Notes: generated from the sequence alone by a model not told the origin. DNA of 64,000 nucleotides from Thalia democratica (GCA_965202585.1 OZ241829.1:73346001-73410000); one strand, 5' to 3'. Shown: positions 11,451 through 25,580, counted from the stretch's first letter. Numbers and translations are program-made.

Positions 11451-11862
11451 CTACGAAGTAAGAAAGTAGGTGCACGACTTTTATAGATAAACAAATGCAA
11501 CATAAGTTTGCCTGCTTACACTAAATGTAGGACCACCTGAAAGCGAGATATCTACTGATTATCCAACAAAATTTATCCAGCTACTTTTTACTGAAACTAG
11601 CATTTTTTCATAATTGATTTAAAGGATTTATGATTTGGGTGCAGTATAACAAACTATTTAAAATAAAATGTGAAACAAATTTTTGAATGCTGCACGTACA
11701 AATATGTTTAAGCTTACGTCTTTTTACTAATATTTACGATAAAACATGATTAGTAGAGTAGATCTCAATGTATTGTTTGTTAAAAAACAAAACTATGCAA
11801 CGAGAGAATAATCTGAAAACTTATACAGTAATATATATAACATCAGTACATATATATGATAT

Positions 11863-12500
11863 GGATATGAGTCTAATATGCACGAAGGGACCTTTTGCAC
11901 AAAGGGTCACTTTTGAACCAAGACGCTTTTGCACGATGAGTCACTTTTATACGAAAATATTTTTGCTCGTGTTAAACTTACTTTTTATTATTATTGATTT
12001 TTTTAAATTTTTATCTATTTAATTTTTACTATAAATTTTACCCCTAACCCTACCCTCGGTCGGTAAATTCATTTTTTATTATTTTTTAGTAATTTAAATT
12101 AAGTCTTTAGCTGTTTATTTTTTGTTTTTTATTTATTTTTACGTTTACTATCATTGTTACACCTAGCCCTTACCCTCAGCTGGTTTTACTATATATTTTC
12201 TTTTCTTGTTTTTTTTAATAAAAGTTTTTATTATTTATTCTTATATTCTTACTTTTACTTCCACTCTTACCCCTAACCCTTGTCCTCGGTCGGTAACCTC
12301 TTTTTATTCTTTTTGTTAATTTATTATTTTATATCTCATATTTTTGTATAATTTTTTTCTGTTTTATTTAACTCTCGTGCAAAAATGACCCTTTATGCAG
12401 AAGTGACCTTCCTTGCAAAGGTGTCTCGATTCAAAAGTGTCCCTTCGTGCATATTTGATCCTTCGTACAAAAGTGTATTCGTGCATATTTAACCCGTTCC
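11863..12500. mobile_element. TGCACG-family MITE with GG..ACGGGTCAAATATGCACG-type ends and internal CCCTAACCCT motifs (paralog at 51530-52225)
   Basis: Left end GGATATGAGTCTAATATGCACG, right end GTGCATATTTAACCCGTTCC; inward-pointing TGCACG units. Confidence 0.65.
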
Positions 12501-12550
12501 TAAATGTAAAGTAATAAAATATTTTTAAATTTATAACATATATAACTCAC

Positions 12551-12675
12551 AGGAGTTTTGGCTGTGTTTTCTTCGCGGTATTTCGACTTCTAGTGAGTTC
12601 ATATACTCGTGATGTCAGCTTGAAATTTTGTTACCGTCTTTCATTCTTAAAACCTTGATTTTTAACTCCGTGCAA
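12551..12675 (-). pseudogene. Divergent copy of the six-copy LTS exon
   Basis: ttttaacag|TTGCACGGAG ... CTCCT|gtgagt; contains AAGCTGACATC like the other copies; in-frame TAA. Confidence 0.45.
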
Positions 12676-13081
12676 CTGTTAAAACATTAAAATTTAGTCA
12701 ATATTTTTATATGAAGTATAACTTGAAAAAGTAATAGTTCATTAACGAAATTCACAAATAAGGTACGATATTAACTACTACTTACCAAAAATGTACACTT
12801 CCACTACTGTTTAATGCTAAATGCATGACTTCAATCTAATTTTTCGAACTCCTTCATTTGGCTGTTAAAAGTTTTAAATTTACCTTAATAGGAAGTAAAA
12901 CTAACATTAAAGATAACAGCGACCTATAATACTTTAAAGTGTTCAAGTATAATAAATTTTTTTCATTATAATAATTAACTCTAGAAGTATTTTTCATAGT
13001 TTTATTTGATACACAATAGCAACCAAAATAAAGTATTTTTTCAATGTAAATCTTAACTATAGCTTAAAACAAAGTTTAGCC

Positions 13082-13329
13082 CAAGGTTTTCAAAAGCGAG
13101 CCATAACAGCAAAGAGGTCAAAAGGGAGAGTGGGCATGAGTAGTAAAGGGACCAAAAGGGGCCATGAGACCATTGTTTAAAACTTACACAAGATATTCTA
13201 TATTTGTTAAGGAAAAGTAAGACAAAGGTTTTAATCTTACTTAAACGTTGCTTTTTAAGAATTCTTGTCGGAGAGGCCTTAACTTTTATTTTTAAAGGTA
13301 GCCTTATGAAAAACGTTTTGGAAATCCTG
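13082..13329. mobile_element. hAT-type MITE of the 10533 family, reverse orientation
   Basis: CAAGGTTTTCAAAA...TTGGAAATCCTG ends; degenerate TSD GTTTAGCC / GTTTACCT. Confidence 0.6.
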
Positions 13330-13689
13330 GTTTACCTGAACAACAAATTTTTTTTTTATTAGTTTTGTTTTAATTAATCTTTATTTTATTTTCAGTATAT
13401 TCTTTTAAATCTTAGCTAATCGTTAGTTTCTGATAAAAGTTGTGTTTGACACGCTTATGCATAAACTTTTATTTTCTATTCTATAATTAAAATCAAGAAA
13501 AAAAATAACAGTTCTTTTAGTAAAAAAGTTATTTTGTGATGATCAGAATTGATTTTATTTTGGTATTAAGAATTAAATACTTAAAAATTTTAAAAAGGAG
13601 CATTTAACGACTGCATTTAAGTTTTTTACAATAAACAAAATATGGATAAACTTCACAGCACTGTTCCACGGTAAAAAAAAACAGCGAAG

Positions 13690-13960
13690 AACTATTATGA
13701 TGTCATCAGTAATAAAATATATGTGACGTCACAATACACTTTTGGCTTCACCAGCCAAAGTCTGAAGCGAAATCACCGAAAGGCTTCAAAGTCAAAATGA
13801 TTTAGCTTAACGTCATGTTGAAATTGACTCAAAAATCAAAAATAGACGGTAGTCCCGAAGCTTCGATGATGTTAATATATGACTAACCCTGAACCCAACT
13901 TGTAATGTTAAAACAAGCGAATGTTGTTTTCAGTTCGTGATGTCACAACAAAGTTGAAGA
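13690..13960. promoter_or_regulatory. T-type CRE cassette (related to 10885-11030, 30940-31210, 50570-50720, 52975-53210, 54200-54460, 63155-63310)
   Basis: TGATGTCA and TGACGTCA pair followed by GCGAAATCACC and GAACCCAA blocks shared with the listed copies. Confidence 0.45.
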
Positions 13961-15420
13961 ATAATTACTTGTCAATTTACTTTAATAATTTATTAACATT
14001 GTAGAATCTGAAACGAAAACAAGTATAAATATAAACACTAAAAATGAGCTATAGTCTAACTATTTTACAAAAGTAGAGTTTGTTAGTGACGAACAAATAT
14101 GAGAGCTTCTTTTTTCTTTGTGTTGTTTAGATTAGCTTCTAGATTTTAAACTTTAAGCTCATTTTAATACCTTTTTCACTTCTTATCTGCAGATGGTTGG
14201 TTTGAAAACTCTTCAAAACATGCAGAAATATTATAAAAGTAATATTAAAAGTAATATTTACTCTTGAGACTTACATAGATTATTGTACTATATTTGATAG
14301 TTCTGTATCATATCTATCATAACATACCGCTCATTTTTAGATATGTATGAATTTTTCTTCAATCAGTGACTCCGAATAGTTGGGTAAAATAAAGCGTGTG
14401 CCTCAACGTTTTAAGTACCAACACGACATAACTAACATTTTTTTATAGATCATAATATATTTTATGTAAGGGCAAATAAACAACTTTAAACCGTGGCAAC
14501 TCTGGTTGTTTTTAATAAACACAGGATGAATGAAGGCATATTGTACTCAGCTTTCCTGAGTAATTCGATAATCATGGTCATAGAAACTAAGCGACAAGCT
14601 GATTGTTAAATTGCCAAAGTATCGAAAGTCTAAAAAGTCTTCCTGAAACTAATACCAAAAGACCTGCGCTAACGAGTTTATTAAACTTATTCACTGGTTA
14701 TGGTAGAAACGACACGAGTCAGACTTGAAATAATAATAAAAGCAGGTAAAACAACGTCCAAATTAAAAGGAGCAAACAACCAAATCACAAGCTCAGAGAC
14801 ACATAGCCCAACGAGGCAACACCAGTCACGGAAAGCCTAAAACTCCGACTGACAACGATGTTTGTTATTGGAGACAATGGAGATACTGCAACACAGCAAT
14901 CGTTGCTCATCAGCCACAAAAAAACAAGTCACGATGATAGAATGTGTTAAATGTTCTTTTAAAAATACTGTCAAGAAACATAAAGTAACCAATCAACAGT
15001 CTGCTAGACTTTCTAATGAAATCTCTAACAGGTGATGTCATAAACCATTTGTGACGTCACACACGAACCTTCAAACAGACTTGTGAGAAACTCATGAAAG
15101 TGTTACAACCTGAACCAAGAACAATTAAAAACACACAACAAAGAATATTTACATAAAATGATACAATATGAATGATATAAAAAATATTATTATGGAGTGC
15201 ATGAATATAAAATACATAAATATGATTAAGCCTGCTCACAGAAAAATATGTTGCCAGAGCTGCAACCAATCAATAGGAAAACAAAGTCATTATACAATTA
15301 TTGCAATACGGAATACGTAAGATCCTAAAACAAACTTTATAAACAACTTACAACTATATAATTACAAAAAGTAAAATCAAACTAATTGGTTGTTTACAAA
15401 AAAAAATAACGATAGGCAAC

Positions 15421-15853
15421 GGGTGCACCACTATTCAAATTCGGACAATTCAAATTATTAACAGAAAATTAAAAGGGCCACTACTAAAAAAGTAATGTAT
15501 ACTTGTCAAATGTAAAAATACATATTTAGGTCCTATAAATATTTACAAGCCAGTTTTTCTTTTTTGCAAAACATTAAATATTTTAGGAAATATGGCTTAA
15601 ATAAGGTAAAAATGTATTTATTTTTAGTATTTTTGTAATATCTTAAAAAATTTTTAAGATTTTGCAAAAAAAAAAAAAAAAACAGCTTGTATATATTAAT
15701 AAGATCAACATATGTATTTTCTATTTTTTCAAATTTATATTACTTATTGAGATATAGTCTTTTAAATTAACATATTTTTTATATATTGCATATGTTTTTG
15801 AGAATTCGAATTGTCGGAATTTGTGTTGTCCAAATTTAAATTGTCATGTAACC
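15421..15853. mobile_element. MITE-like insertion absent from the other Q copies
   Basis: GGGTGCAC..ATTCAAATTCGGACAATTC versus GAATTCGAATTGTCGGAATTTG..GTAACC; missing at about 33525 and 56500. No clear TSD. Confidence 0.5.
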
Positions 15854-16925
15854 ATTTTACTAAAGTGAAAGCACGTCAAGATTCAAAAAATGAACGTTTA
15901 AAATAAACAGAACTCTAGCAGTCAACTTAAAAGACTCACTATAAACACTAAAGTTTGTTGTGAAAAGTCGAGAGAACGTGGTTGTTTTGGTGGTAACAGT
16001 AAGTGAAACAACATCGCAAAAAATTTGATAAATGGAATCAATACGTGTAAGATTATACCACATTGTTTATTAAAATTTACTCCATTTGACATGTTGATGA
16101 ACCACCGCTATATGACTAGCTAAATCAGAATTACACGAGTAAAGTTGAAAATATTTTCCGTATTTTTTCGTAGCAACCCTAAAAGTTGTTTTAACTTACA
16201 GAATAACAAGCATTTTACTGTTAGGAAAAATGTAGATCATGGTAGCAAAGTTTTAGGAAACTACTAGAATATTTAAACATACTGAAATAATCACGGTAGA
16301 GGTTGTTTTACACAATGAAAAACAAAACACGAAGATATTGGGCCAAAGAACTAAATACAAAAATAACTGTAGAACGAGTAGCTAAAACGGGCAAAAATGC
16401 ACTGAGCACGGATTTCATTTTTTAGGTGTCAGTTTTGCACGGGTGTCAACTTTGTATGGAGTCACTTTTTAGCGATGCCAATTTTGCTAGAAGTCACTTT
16501 TGCACAGTCGACATTTTTTTTAAATAAGTCACTTATTCAAGGAGTCAAACTTTTACAGCTGTCATTTTGCATGATGCATGTTGTCTAGAAACTTTCTTTA
16601 TTTGTCTAGAAACCTTTTCACGAAATTCAAGAAGGAGAAATTTACATGGTGCAAAAGTAATTACTCTACAAAGTTGACTACACGTGCAAAAATGACCCTT
16701 CGCTGTTTAAGTATTTTCAAAGAGGGCGTAAACTAAGTAGCTAGGGAATTCTTATATAGATCACAGTTATACAAATTTTATTAGATTCAATTGTTTAGAT
16801 TGACTTTAGGTTAAATAATCATAAGTAGTAGTTTTTAATGAGCTTAATTAATCAAAGACAAAGTTATGCAACAAAATTTGGTTCTGGTTACTTGCACTAT
16901 ATACATTATAAATATGAAAACTTAC

Positions 16926-17021
16926 TTGGAGTGTTTGCTGGGTTCGCGATTTCCAAAATTGATGTCAGCCCTGAGAGATCGTTGCTCGTTTTTCTTTCTC
17001 AAAAATAGCATCTCCGTCCAA
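16926..17021 (-). pseudogene. 96-nt exon (copies at 12551, 24297, 34782, 41951, 57769)
   Basis: ttttttcaacag acceptor and gtaagt donor; one frame is open (WTEMLFLRKKNEQRSLRADINFGNREPSKHS), but the frame is not shared by all copies. Confidence 0.6.
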
Positions 17022-18439
17022 CTGTTGAAAAAATAAAAACACTTATTCAAATAAAGATTTTAATCATACTTTAATAAGTTTTGCGTATTTTGCTTTCTAA
17101 ACAGTTTTGAATTGCCATTTATACCTACAATTATAGTTATGTTAATTTATTTTTATGACTTGACTACTAAAGCTACTTTTCAGAATTATTTTAAAAAAAC
17201 TAAAAAACACATAATAGTATTAGGTAATCTTACTTAATAGTTAGTCTTTTTTGTTTAAAAATATTGATAAAAAAATAAAGTGATTGTAAAAGATCTACCA
17301 CAAGATCAGCTTCTTAACAAACAATTCCTATTATAAACTATTGAAAATTTTTGACTTAGATTTTTAGAATTAAAAACTTTGGAAACTAAACAACTTATTA
17401 AATTTTACTTCAAGCTGAAGTATTTTTGACGTTACAAAAAACTTTCAGTATCCAAAGTTCTTATTTAATAAACCATGCTAGTCGAATAGTTAACGGTCAA
17501 CAACTTGCTTTATAAAAAACTAAGTATGGATGTTTGATCTTAACTGAATACACTGAAGTATTCAATTTGCTTTCAATTTGTTTTTCAAAAAAAAAACTAG
17601 AACGGTTAGTACAACTGAAGATAAACGTGTTAAATAACATGACTTTATAAAAAAACTTTTGATTTAGAATTCAAAAAATATATGTACCTAAAACTGATGA
17701 ATATTTTTTGCTAGGTTGTTTTTTATACTTAGAATAAATTGACATTTTTTGGATAATATGCATATCTAATGAAAATTTAACTGTAACTTCGTCACAATAA
17801 CATATAACCTGTTAGAAATGAGATAGGAAAGCGTTTAGGAGTCGGAATTAACTTTTCCGCAGTCAACACTGCGGTAGCTAAAATCAAAAAAATGGCGTCA
17901 GAAAACGGTATAGGAGAAACCCACGCAACCGAAAACTGCCTGTCAGGGACAAAACCTTTTAACTTCATAAGACGACTTTAGCAGGTGAAGATTACAAGAA
18001 TGAAAATATTTTAGTCGTGTTCGAGACGACTTTGAAATTGAGCGTAGATTTGTTAGAATCGGTCCATGCACTTACTGGTGCTGGTAATTTGTATATATTT
18101 TCATTTTAGTCAAGAGTGCTTGTTAGTTTTTTAATATTACGTCATTAAAAATGAGAGATAAAGTTGGGGAAGCGTAAAAACTTGAGAGAGCTGTTTTGTA
18201 CTTTAAATTGATAAAAAAACTGAGCTGATTTTAGGAACACGGTGATAATTAAAACAAAAAAATCTTTTTGAAAACATTTAAAAGAGTCGCTTATTATTAA
18301 AAACTGGTAATGTAGTAGACATAAAAGATTTCGAAGATTTTTCAAAACTTCTCAAAAGTGTTTTTATTTTTTAAATTGCTATCTTTTTATCTAGCTGCAC
18401 TTATCTTAAAAAGTTTTCGGCAACAAGAAAACAAAAATA

Positions 18440-18640
18440 GTGATTTTGATAATTTATAAACATTATTTATCTTGGCTCCAATGTGTAATCAAACGCATCT
18501 TTAGACTTTGAAATTAATAGTCGAATCGGTGAGGCGTCAGACGTGTTTGCTTCAAGAGTTCTGGATGAACAGAACTTCGAACGTTATTTAAGGTTTATTG
18601 TGTCTGTGTATGCAGTAATTTTCAATACAAAAATGTAGAA
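18440..18640 (+). mobile_element. RTE-clade-like LINE fragment (copy at 38430-38630)
   Basis: Translates to YLGSNV*SNASLDFEINSRIGEASDVF, matching the YLGS...LDxEIxxRIxKASxxF region just after the RT domain of RTE-type LINEs. Confidence 0.7.
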
Positions 18641-19867
18641 CTTATCATAATCAAATCTACGACCCACGGTGCCAAGATTGTTTGCAAACGTAGCCGAAAT
18701 CGGTCGGTTTAACGACATTAAAAGCTTCAATAACAGCAGTAACGAGTTAGATGAGCCGATGACCGCGACAAACGTGGATTTTGCTAATGAAAAAGGGTTA
18801 AAAAAATAAAACAACAAAATAAGAAACTGATGCAGAGGAAGAAATTAGAATCAAGGTGAAATTAATTTTCATGTGTATTTTTCATTACTTTTTGTTAATG
18901 TAGTTTAAACCATCACTGTGCTAAAAATTATATGTAATTTGCATAAAAGTTATTTTATTTGCTTTGTATACGCATAGCCGATTTTCCAGCGGAAAGAGTG
19001 CTTTTAATTTTAAGCAATAACCTGTTGATAGCTCTCAGCAAATAACCTTTTCCAATTATTCAATAAAACTTCATTTTTTAGCATATTAACCTCTTATCAA
19101 CCTCTCACCTTAAGTTTGTACCAATAGTAGCTGAGAAAAAGCACCATGAAAAATTTGTGAAGTTTAGTAAAGATACTAACAGTGCAAAGTAAATTTTATA
19201 CCGGGTAGGTTATTTTAGAAGACGAAATCGTTCACTTATAATAAATACATGTTTAACAACCGTACATTCTAAATACCTTGGCAGTTGTTATTATCGCTCA
19301 CAGACAACTAAATTTAGAATAACGAAATCCATAAAACTTTGCAAAACATTGCTGAAGTCCAACTTCAAAAAAAAAAAAGATTGCATTCTAAGTTGACAAA
19401 AAGTCAAAATGTTACTTCTTAACAAATTTAAGACTGTTTTTGTTTTGAAAGAGAACCAAACTACTTTAGTTGGTTCATATTAACACTTTTTGCTTAAAGA
19501 AATTGATCCCCGTTAATAACAAACACGTGTTTACAATGAAGTATAGAGGAACACAATATTATTGATAGCATCAGTAATAAACAAATAGGAAGATGTAAAA
19601 CAAAAGGCCAATTAAAAATTTGTGTTAAAAGTTTTGTAAACAGCAAGCTATTGTCAGTAACTAGTGCTCAAGTTACAACTTCAATAATAGCTCTCTCAAA
19701 AAAGCCTGTAGAAAGTAATAAATAGGAATTTTTATAGATACACCACAAACATACAGTACACAGATCATAATTTCTAACAAAAAAGCTTTTAATTTAATTA
19801 ACTTTAATTTCGCTTAAGTTAAATTATCGTAACTAATAGTTTATCATTTTTCAGAAAAAACAATTAC

Positions 19868-20112
19868 TAAGTTTCACCGCAGAGCGGATTTTCAAATTGT
19901 TGATCTGTCGTAAAATTGTAATGGTAAAAATTTATAAATGGTAAGCCTTAAAAAAAATTTTAGCGTCAATATAATTCTTATTATATTATTTCTTTTAATT
20001 TTAATTTTTAATAAAAACTTAATTAAAACCAATTTTTAATTATTTGTCATTTTTACCATTATTATTTTACTACGGATCTACAATTTAAAAATTCACTCTG
20101 CGGTGAAACTTA
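19868..20112. mobile_element. MITE with about 70-bp terminal inverted repeats (copy at 43498-43733)
   Basis: TAAGTTTCACCGCAGAG...CTCTGCGGTGAAACTTA; inverted similarity continues through GATCTG/CGGATC and AATGGTAAAAAT/ATTTTTACCATT. Confidence 0.8.
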
Positions 20113-22852
20113 ACAGTTGTTTTTTTTTTTTTAATAATAAATTAATAATTATTGATCTCCCTTGTTGGTAAACTACTGAGTCGTTTTTATTTGTTTATAA
20201 CTCAATAGTTAAATTATCATAACTATTAGTTATAAATTAAACTAATTAACCAATGACGAAATGATGCAACATAAAACTAATTCTTTTAACTATCACAATG
20301 TGAATATAAATATAACAACATACTTGAGTGTTCCATGGACTTAATTCCGAATTGCGATGTTGATAGATTGATGGAGTACTTTCTTCACTGTGAAGGATAG
20401 ATTGTTCCATACACTGTATAACTGTTAAAATATAAATTTAACTTATTCTGTTTAATGTAGATTTGAGTTTTATATTTGTTCAGTTTTGTTTCTTACAAAA
20501 AGTAGTCTGGCATTTGAAGCTATAACTGTTTGTCATTTTCGATTTATTTATCACATCAAAAAACTACTTTTTATATTATCTTATGAAATAGTTGGTTTTA
20601 AATACTATAAAAAGAAATATATTTTTGTGAACTCAGCTGAAGTCTGGACAATAAAGTCAACCTTAAACATATACATATCAACGTCAGTTTCAATAAAGCG
20701 AGTAATTTGCAGATAACTGCTATAATATTCGTACAAGTTTGTTTAGTTCGGACGTTTTCTGACAAACATATTAACAAACTAAAAGTAACAGTTTATCGAA
20801 CAAAAAACGAAAATGCTCCAAAAGTTTTTATTTAACTACCAGGGTGTTCGAAAACCTCTCGGTCATTGAGTCGTACACGACATCTTAATTTTTGAACTCT
20901 TAACTAGTATTTATAGTTATGCTATATGATTTGAACTGTGCAGAAGCAAGGTTCAAGTGAGATAACAACTTGAAAATAATTAATTTTTAAAGCGCTAGAT
21001 TGTTGGAGTTAATTGGTTAAGTCATGATATATTACAATTGAATTTTTAAAGAATAAGTTTGATTTTTGATTAATAATTTCTTTTTTTTTTACAGTTTTTA
21101 AACTTCAATATAATTTCTAGCTTTTGAATCTGTCTACATATCGGTTGTTCTAAAAGTCTTCATGTTGTGCAAATGACTTACAAAATCGATTAATTTTTAA
21201 ACATTCAGACATTTATTGTACTTTTTATAGTATTAAGCAGTTTATTCTTATAAATCTTTACAGTTAGCTCATTTTTTATAAAAAGACAGTGAACGGTCTC
21301 AAATAGCTTAGTATCTAATATGGGTACGACTCAGCGTTTAAGGCAAAATTGACATAATTATTATAATGTGTATAGAACATAGTTATATAAAGTCAAACAA
21401 TTGCTAAAAATTGTGGCAACTCTGCCTGTAATACAAAGTGTCGTATAAATCAACAGACATTGTAAGTAGCTCTCTCATTTTTTACAACAAAATCAATCAT
21501 TTAGCTTATCCAATACTTCGGGTGGACAATCTCTTCAGTCAAGACAAATATCTAATCAACACATATCAACTTTCAAACGTAAAATTAACACTTGCGTAAA
21601 TTAACACAAAAAGTATATTAGCCTCCTACGACCACTTTTTTAATAGAGATAAATCAATTGGTTCATTTTTCTTTAGTTTATAACAATTAGTAGGCGAATG
21701 ATCCAAGCACCGGATAAGTCATTGATAGTAGCTATTTTCTTATTTAAAACAATGAACACAATAAATAATCAACATGTAGATTTGTTACGATTCGCTGATT
21801 ACACCGAGAGTTGATCGGGAAGTCGGAAATGAGATTTTGAAAAAGAATCACAAAGTGCCAATTTAATTAGATGCAGTTCGCATTTTTAACTGATCCATCT
21901 TCGTCAAAAGCAGATCTTTGTATTTTATAAGTTGATGATTTTAATTTATAAAACAAAGTAGATGAACACAAGCATAAACAGGAGTTTGTTTTTACCCACT
22001 TAATGCGGAACACACTAAAATATAGGATATCAGTCCAAACTTTTCATGGGTTTAAACAGAGTTTTGGAGCTGTAAATAAATTCATATGACGCAAAAGATT
22101 AAACACTAGAGAAGAAGCGAGATGAGTAAAAAAGACGTAAAGAAGCACTCGAAACAGCATTCTCGAAGGATCAGTATAGAAATCCGGTTTATAATATTGA
22201 AAAATCAAAAATATTGCTAAACTGTCATTTATACACCGTTTCTCAACCGTAACACATGTTTAATGAACATATCATTGTGCAGTAACAATCAAAAAACTCC
22301 TGTTTCTTTGCAGTGAGTGAAGGTGTAAAGTATTTAGAACTGCCCGACCAACAGACTACACGGCATCAAAGTGAAAATGAAAAAAACATTAATTTAAAGT
22401 TCATGAATAGAAAAAATTTGGGCTTCAGAATGAAAAATAAATATGCATAAAGAGTAGGTTGTTGATTACGAAGAATTTAAACATGAAAACAACTAGCTTG
22501 AAAAAGCACCACGTAACATACCAACGGGAGCACAAAGTCAACATACGGTTGTTGCACTAAAACTTTCAACACAAACATCTTAATTAAACTGACAAATGAT
22601 GTCATTAGCTATTATTACGTCATACCTTCAAACAGAAGTGTGAACACAGTGTAATATAACTCACAAAATTGTTATGACCTGATCTAAGAACATTCCAACA
22701 CAAACATTTATGAACATGAATATGGAAAATATCTATATAAATAGTATGAGTATAAAGTATGTCAATGATATCAGTATAAGATACTTCATTAAAAAGAATA
22801 ATAAGGATACCAAAACTTGTGTAATCCTGTTTAAATAAAATCCGTGTTAAGC

Positions 22853-23090
22853 AAATGGCCCCCTTTAAAGAAATTAAAAACGACATGGCCCCCTTCGACA
22901 AGATTACTCATAAACTACCATAAAAAACACCTAAGATCTTTTTTATGCTCTTCGTCTGCAAATCAAGAATATCTAGTGTAAGTTTCAAATTATGATCTCA
23001 TGGCCCCCCTTTTACCCCTTTGCTACTCGTGGCCCCTGAGTATCTGTCACGGTCCCCAAGGGGCCACTTGGCCCACTTCGGGAAACCCTG
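22853..23090. mobile_element. Truncated hAT-type MITE of the 10533 family
   Basis: Internal GTCCCCAAGGGGCCACTTGG and right end GGGAAACCCTG. Confidence 0.65.
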
Positions 23091-24296
23091 GTGTAAAGGC
23101 CGTGACGTGTAAAAGGGCCGTAAGGGAGTACTTAGACACGCTTAACGAGAAACTCAAAAATAAACATACCTGGGTTTTTTATTGAAATGCAAAAAGTAAT
23201 GAACAAAAACTTGATACAAATACTATTCAAAAATGTTAAATATATATTTTTAAATAAACTTTGGTTGAGTAAGATTAACAGTTAGAAGTTTCATCAGAAA
23301 ATATTCAATTTAATTAATTATTTGTTCAACAGAAATTAACATACGTACAAAATAAAAGTAAAATAAACAATGAGTAAAATATAAAAAGCGACAAACTAGA
23401 CAAAGATATTTTTAAATTTTATTTTTTAAAGCGCGTAATGATTATTATCTAATCGTTTCAGAATCTTTGTTTGTACAAACATTTAGACCTAATTTATGCA
23501 AGCAACAGTACGTTTATAAATATAATCTTTATAAGTTGTTACAAATCTTGTTTGTCGATAATTCCATTTAACTTATTGTTTTTTTTTTTACTAACAGTTT
23601 TCTACGGGGGCTTATCTTAGTCAAATTACTAATTAAATTATAGTTATGTTATTATATACAGTTAGTCTACCTCTACTTAACTTTTTCTGATGTTTTATTC
23701 ATTAGTTGAGTATTTTTTGATGAAACATATAACTGTTTACTTACCTAAAGTTTATTTTTTAAAATAGTTGCTAAAAAAATTAGTTTAAATAGTATGCTCA
23801 ATAAAAAAGTTTCAAATGAATCTCGTCTTAAGTTTTTGTTTAATACCTGTAGTACTATAAAAATATATGGAAAAAAAAAATTTAAAGTAAAATTTAAAGG
23901 AAATTTTAAGCTTAATTTAGACAATAATTTTATTATAATTAGTGAGAGCGGTCTTTTTTTATTTGTAAAAAAAGAGTGTTTATGAACTTAAGTTTAGGAA
24001 CCCTGCCCTATTGAACAATGTTTTGCATTGACTGAAAATTAGTTGCAAAAAGTGGTGCGCATAGTTGCTTTTTAGAAAACTATAGGGGGGACGATTACTG
24101 TTTAAGTTTCTTAGAAGTGGTTATTACGAAATTTGTCCTGATAAAGGAAGTCCTAATAAACATCAATGCTACACAAATTTACTTCATTTGTTTAACATCT
24201 TTTAGGATAAAACATCTTAAGTGGTAGTTCTCAGTGAGCTTAATTAATGAGATTTTATTAGCTTACGCAGCATGTTTTATAAATATGAAAACTTAC

Positions 24297-24399
24297 TTGG
24301 AGTGTTTGCTTTATTCCATCAACTGCATCCTTTAACATTGATGTCAGCTTGAGGGATTGTTGATTCCTTCCACAAAACAAGCTGCCATTCTCTGTTAAA
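24297..24399 (-). pseudogene. Divergent copy of the LTS exon (103 nt)
   Basis: tttttcaacag ... CACTCCAA|gtaagt; open frame LTENGSLFCGRNQQSLKLTSMLKDAVDGIKQTLQ. Confidence 0.55.
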
Positions 24400-25236
24400 C
24401 TGTTGAAAAATTTAACATTTAAAATATTTATCTTAATAAAGATAACAGCTTTTCTTTAGTTTAATAATTACGAAAATTCTAACAATAATGTATAAATATA
24501 AATAATTTTAGCTTAATAATAAAATTTAAAACAAGATATTTTCTTTTAATTAATATGTAGTACATTTCAATAACACCACACGTCACCACTGCTTACAAGA
24601 TACAAATATAATTTAAAAATATTTAACTTTAAAACATCGTGTGTTTTTCAAAAGCATTTTAATTTAAAAATACGTGACACGAAAAATAAATTATTTAAAA
24701 AATTCTGAATTAATAATCGTTAAATTCATATAAACAGTATGTGTAAGTCTAACAAATTAAATATAAATTAAAAATCTCAATATTGCTAAAAATGAAATTT
24801 AATACTTTCATTGTATTTTATATTTAACGATTAAATGGTAATAAAGTACTACTTTAGTTATAGTTTGACTAAGCAGCTGCAGTAAAACATGTAATATTTT
24901 GATTAAAAAACATATTTCTCAATATTAATTTAGCTACTTTACAATAGTTGTAAAAACCAATGACATCATGTTTAAAAATTTATTTGAAATATTAGCTATT
25001 AATGTCAAAATTCTAACTTAAATAATTATATTGCAAATTTTCCGTGTTGCATTAATAGATTGTTAGAAAATATAAAAATTTTAATTGTTGTAGTTTTACA
25101 TGCAAAGCAGATAAAACATTGAGAAACTTGTCTTACTATACTAAAACATTAATCCCGTTATTTTACTACAGTTTTTGAGTTAAAAGTAAACTAAAAAATC
25201 TCAAGAAATACTTACGTTACAAAGCCGCGCGTAAAA

Positions 25237-25580
25237 AAGATGGCGGCAAAACTTGAGCGCTGGAAGTTTGTAGTTTATAAGCTGGAAGTTTGCTTCAAAA
25301 AACTTAAGTAAGGTCACAAAACTTCTGCTAAAAAAAAAACCGTTTGATACGTCACAAGCGGCTTTTACCTCAAGAACCGAAGCGTTAACGTTTCACAGAA
25401 AGCATGTTGGGCCGCGCTCGGCAGGCCTTAAAATTAATCCCTTAGAAGAAGACAACTTGAGCTAAATAAGCGTGCTGCCACTTTGAAGGTTAATCATACT
25501 GTGAAGGCGTTCAATCGTTGGTGACGTCACTAAAAAGTTATTTTGATATATGACGCAAGTAAAAAATGTGAGAGAGTTTT
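25237..25580. promoter_or_regulatory. YY1/CRE cassette
   Basis: AAGATGGCGGC 25237-47, degenerate palindrome at about 25338-25370, TGACGTCA 25522, TGACGC 25551, then AAAAATGTGAGAG. Confidence 0.55.

Larger units (their letters stand above)
14400..18640. repeat. Segmental duplication module Q, copy 1
   Basis: Colinear with 32450-38630 and 55490-58820 over many blocks, for example CACAAGCTCAGAGACAC, CACGGTAGAGGTTGTTTTAC and CAGTATCCAAAGTTC. Confidence 0.9.

Noticed and set aside
12041-12300. CCCTAACCCT telomere-like motifs (also at 51870-52090)
   Set aside because: Only 1-2 imperfect units at about 110-bp intervals inside a MITE; not a telomeric array.
20325-20900. CR1/L2 LINE 3' remnant on the minus strand
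   Set aside because: Only a VWNNL-like word supports it; the other expected motifs could not be recovered.
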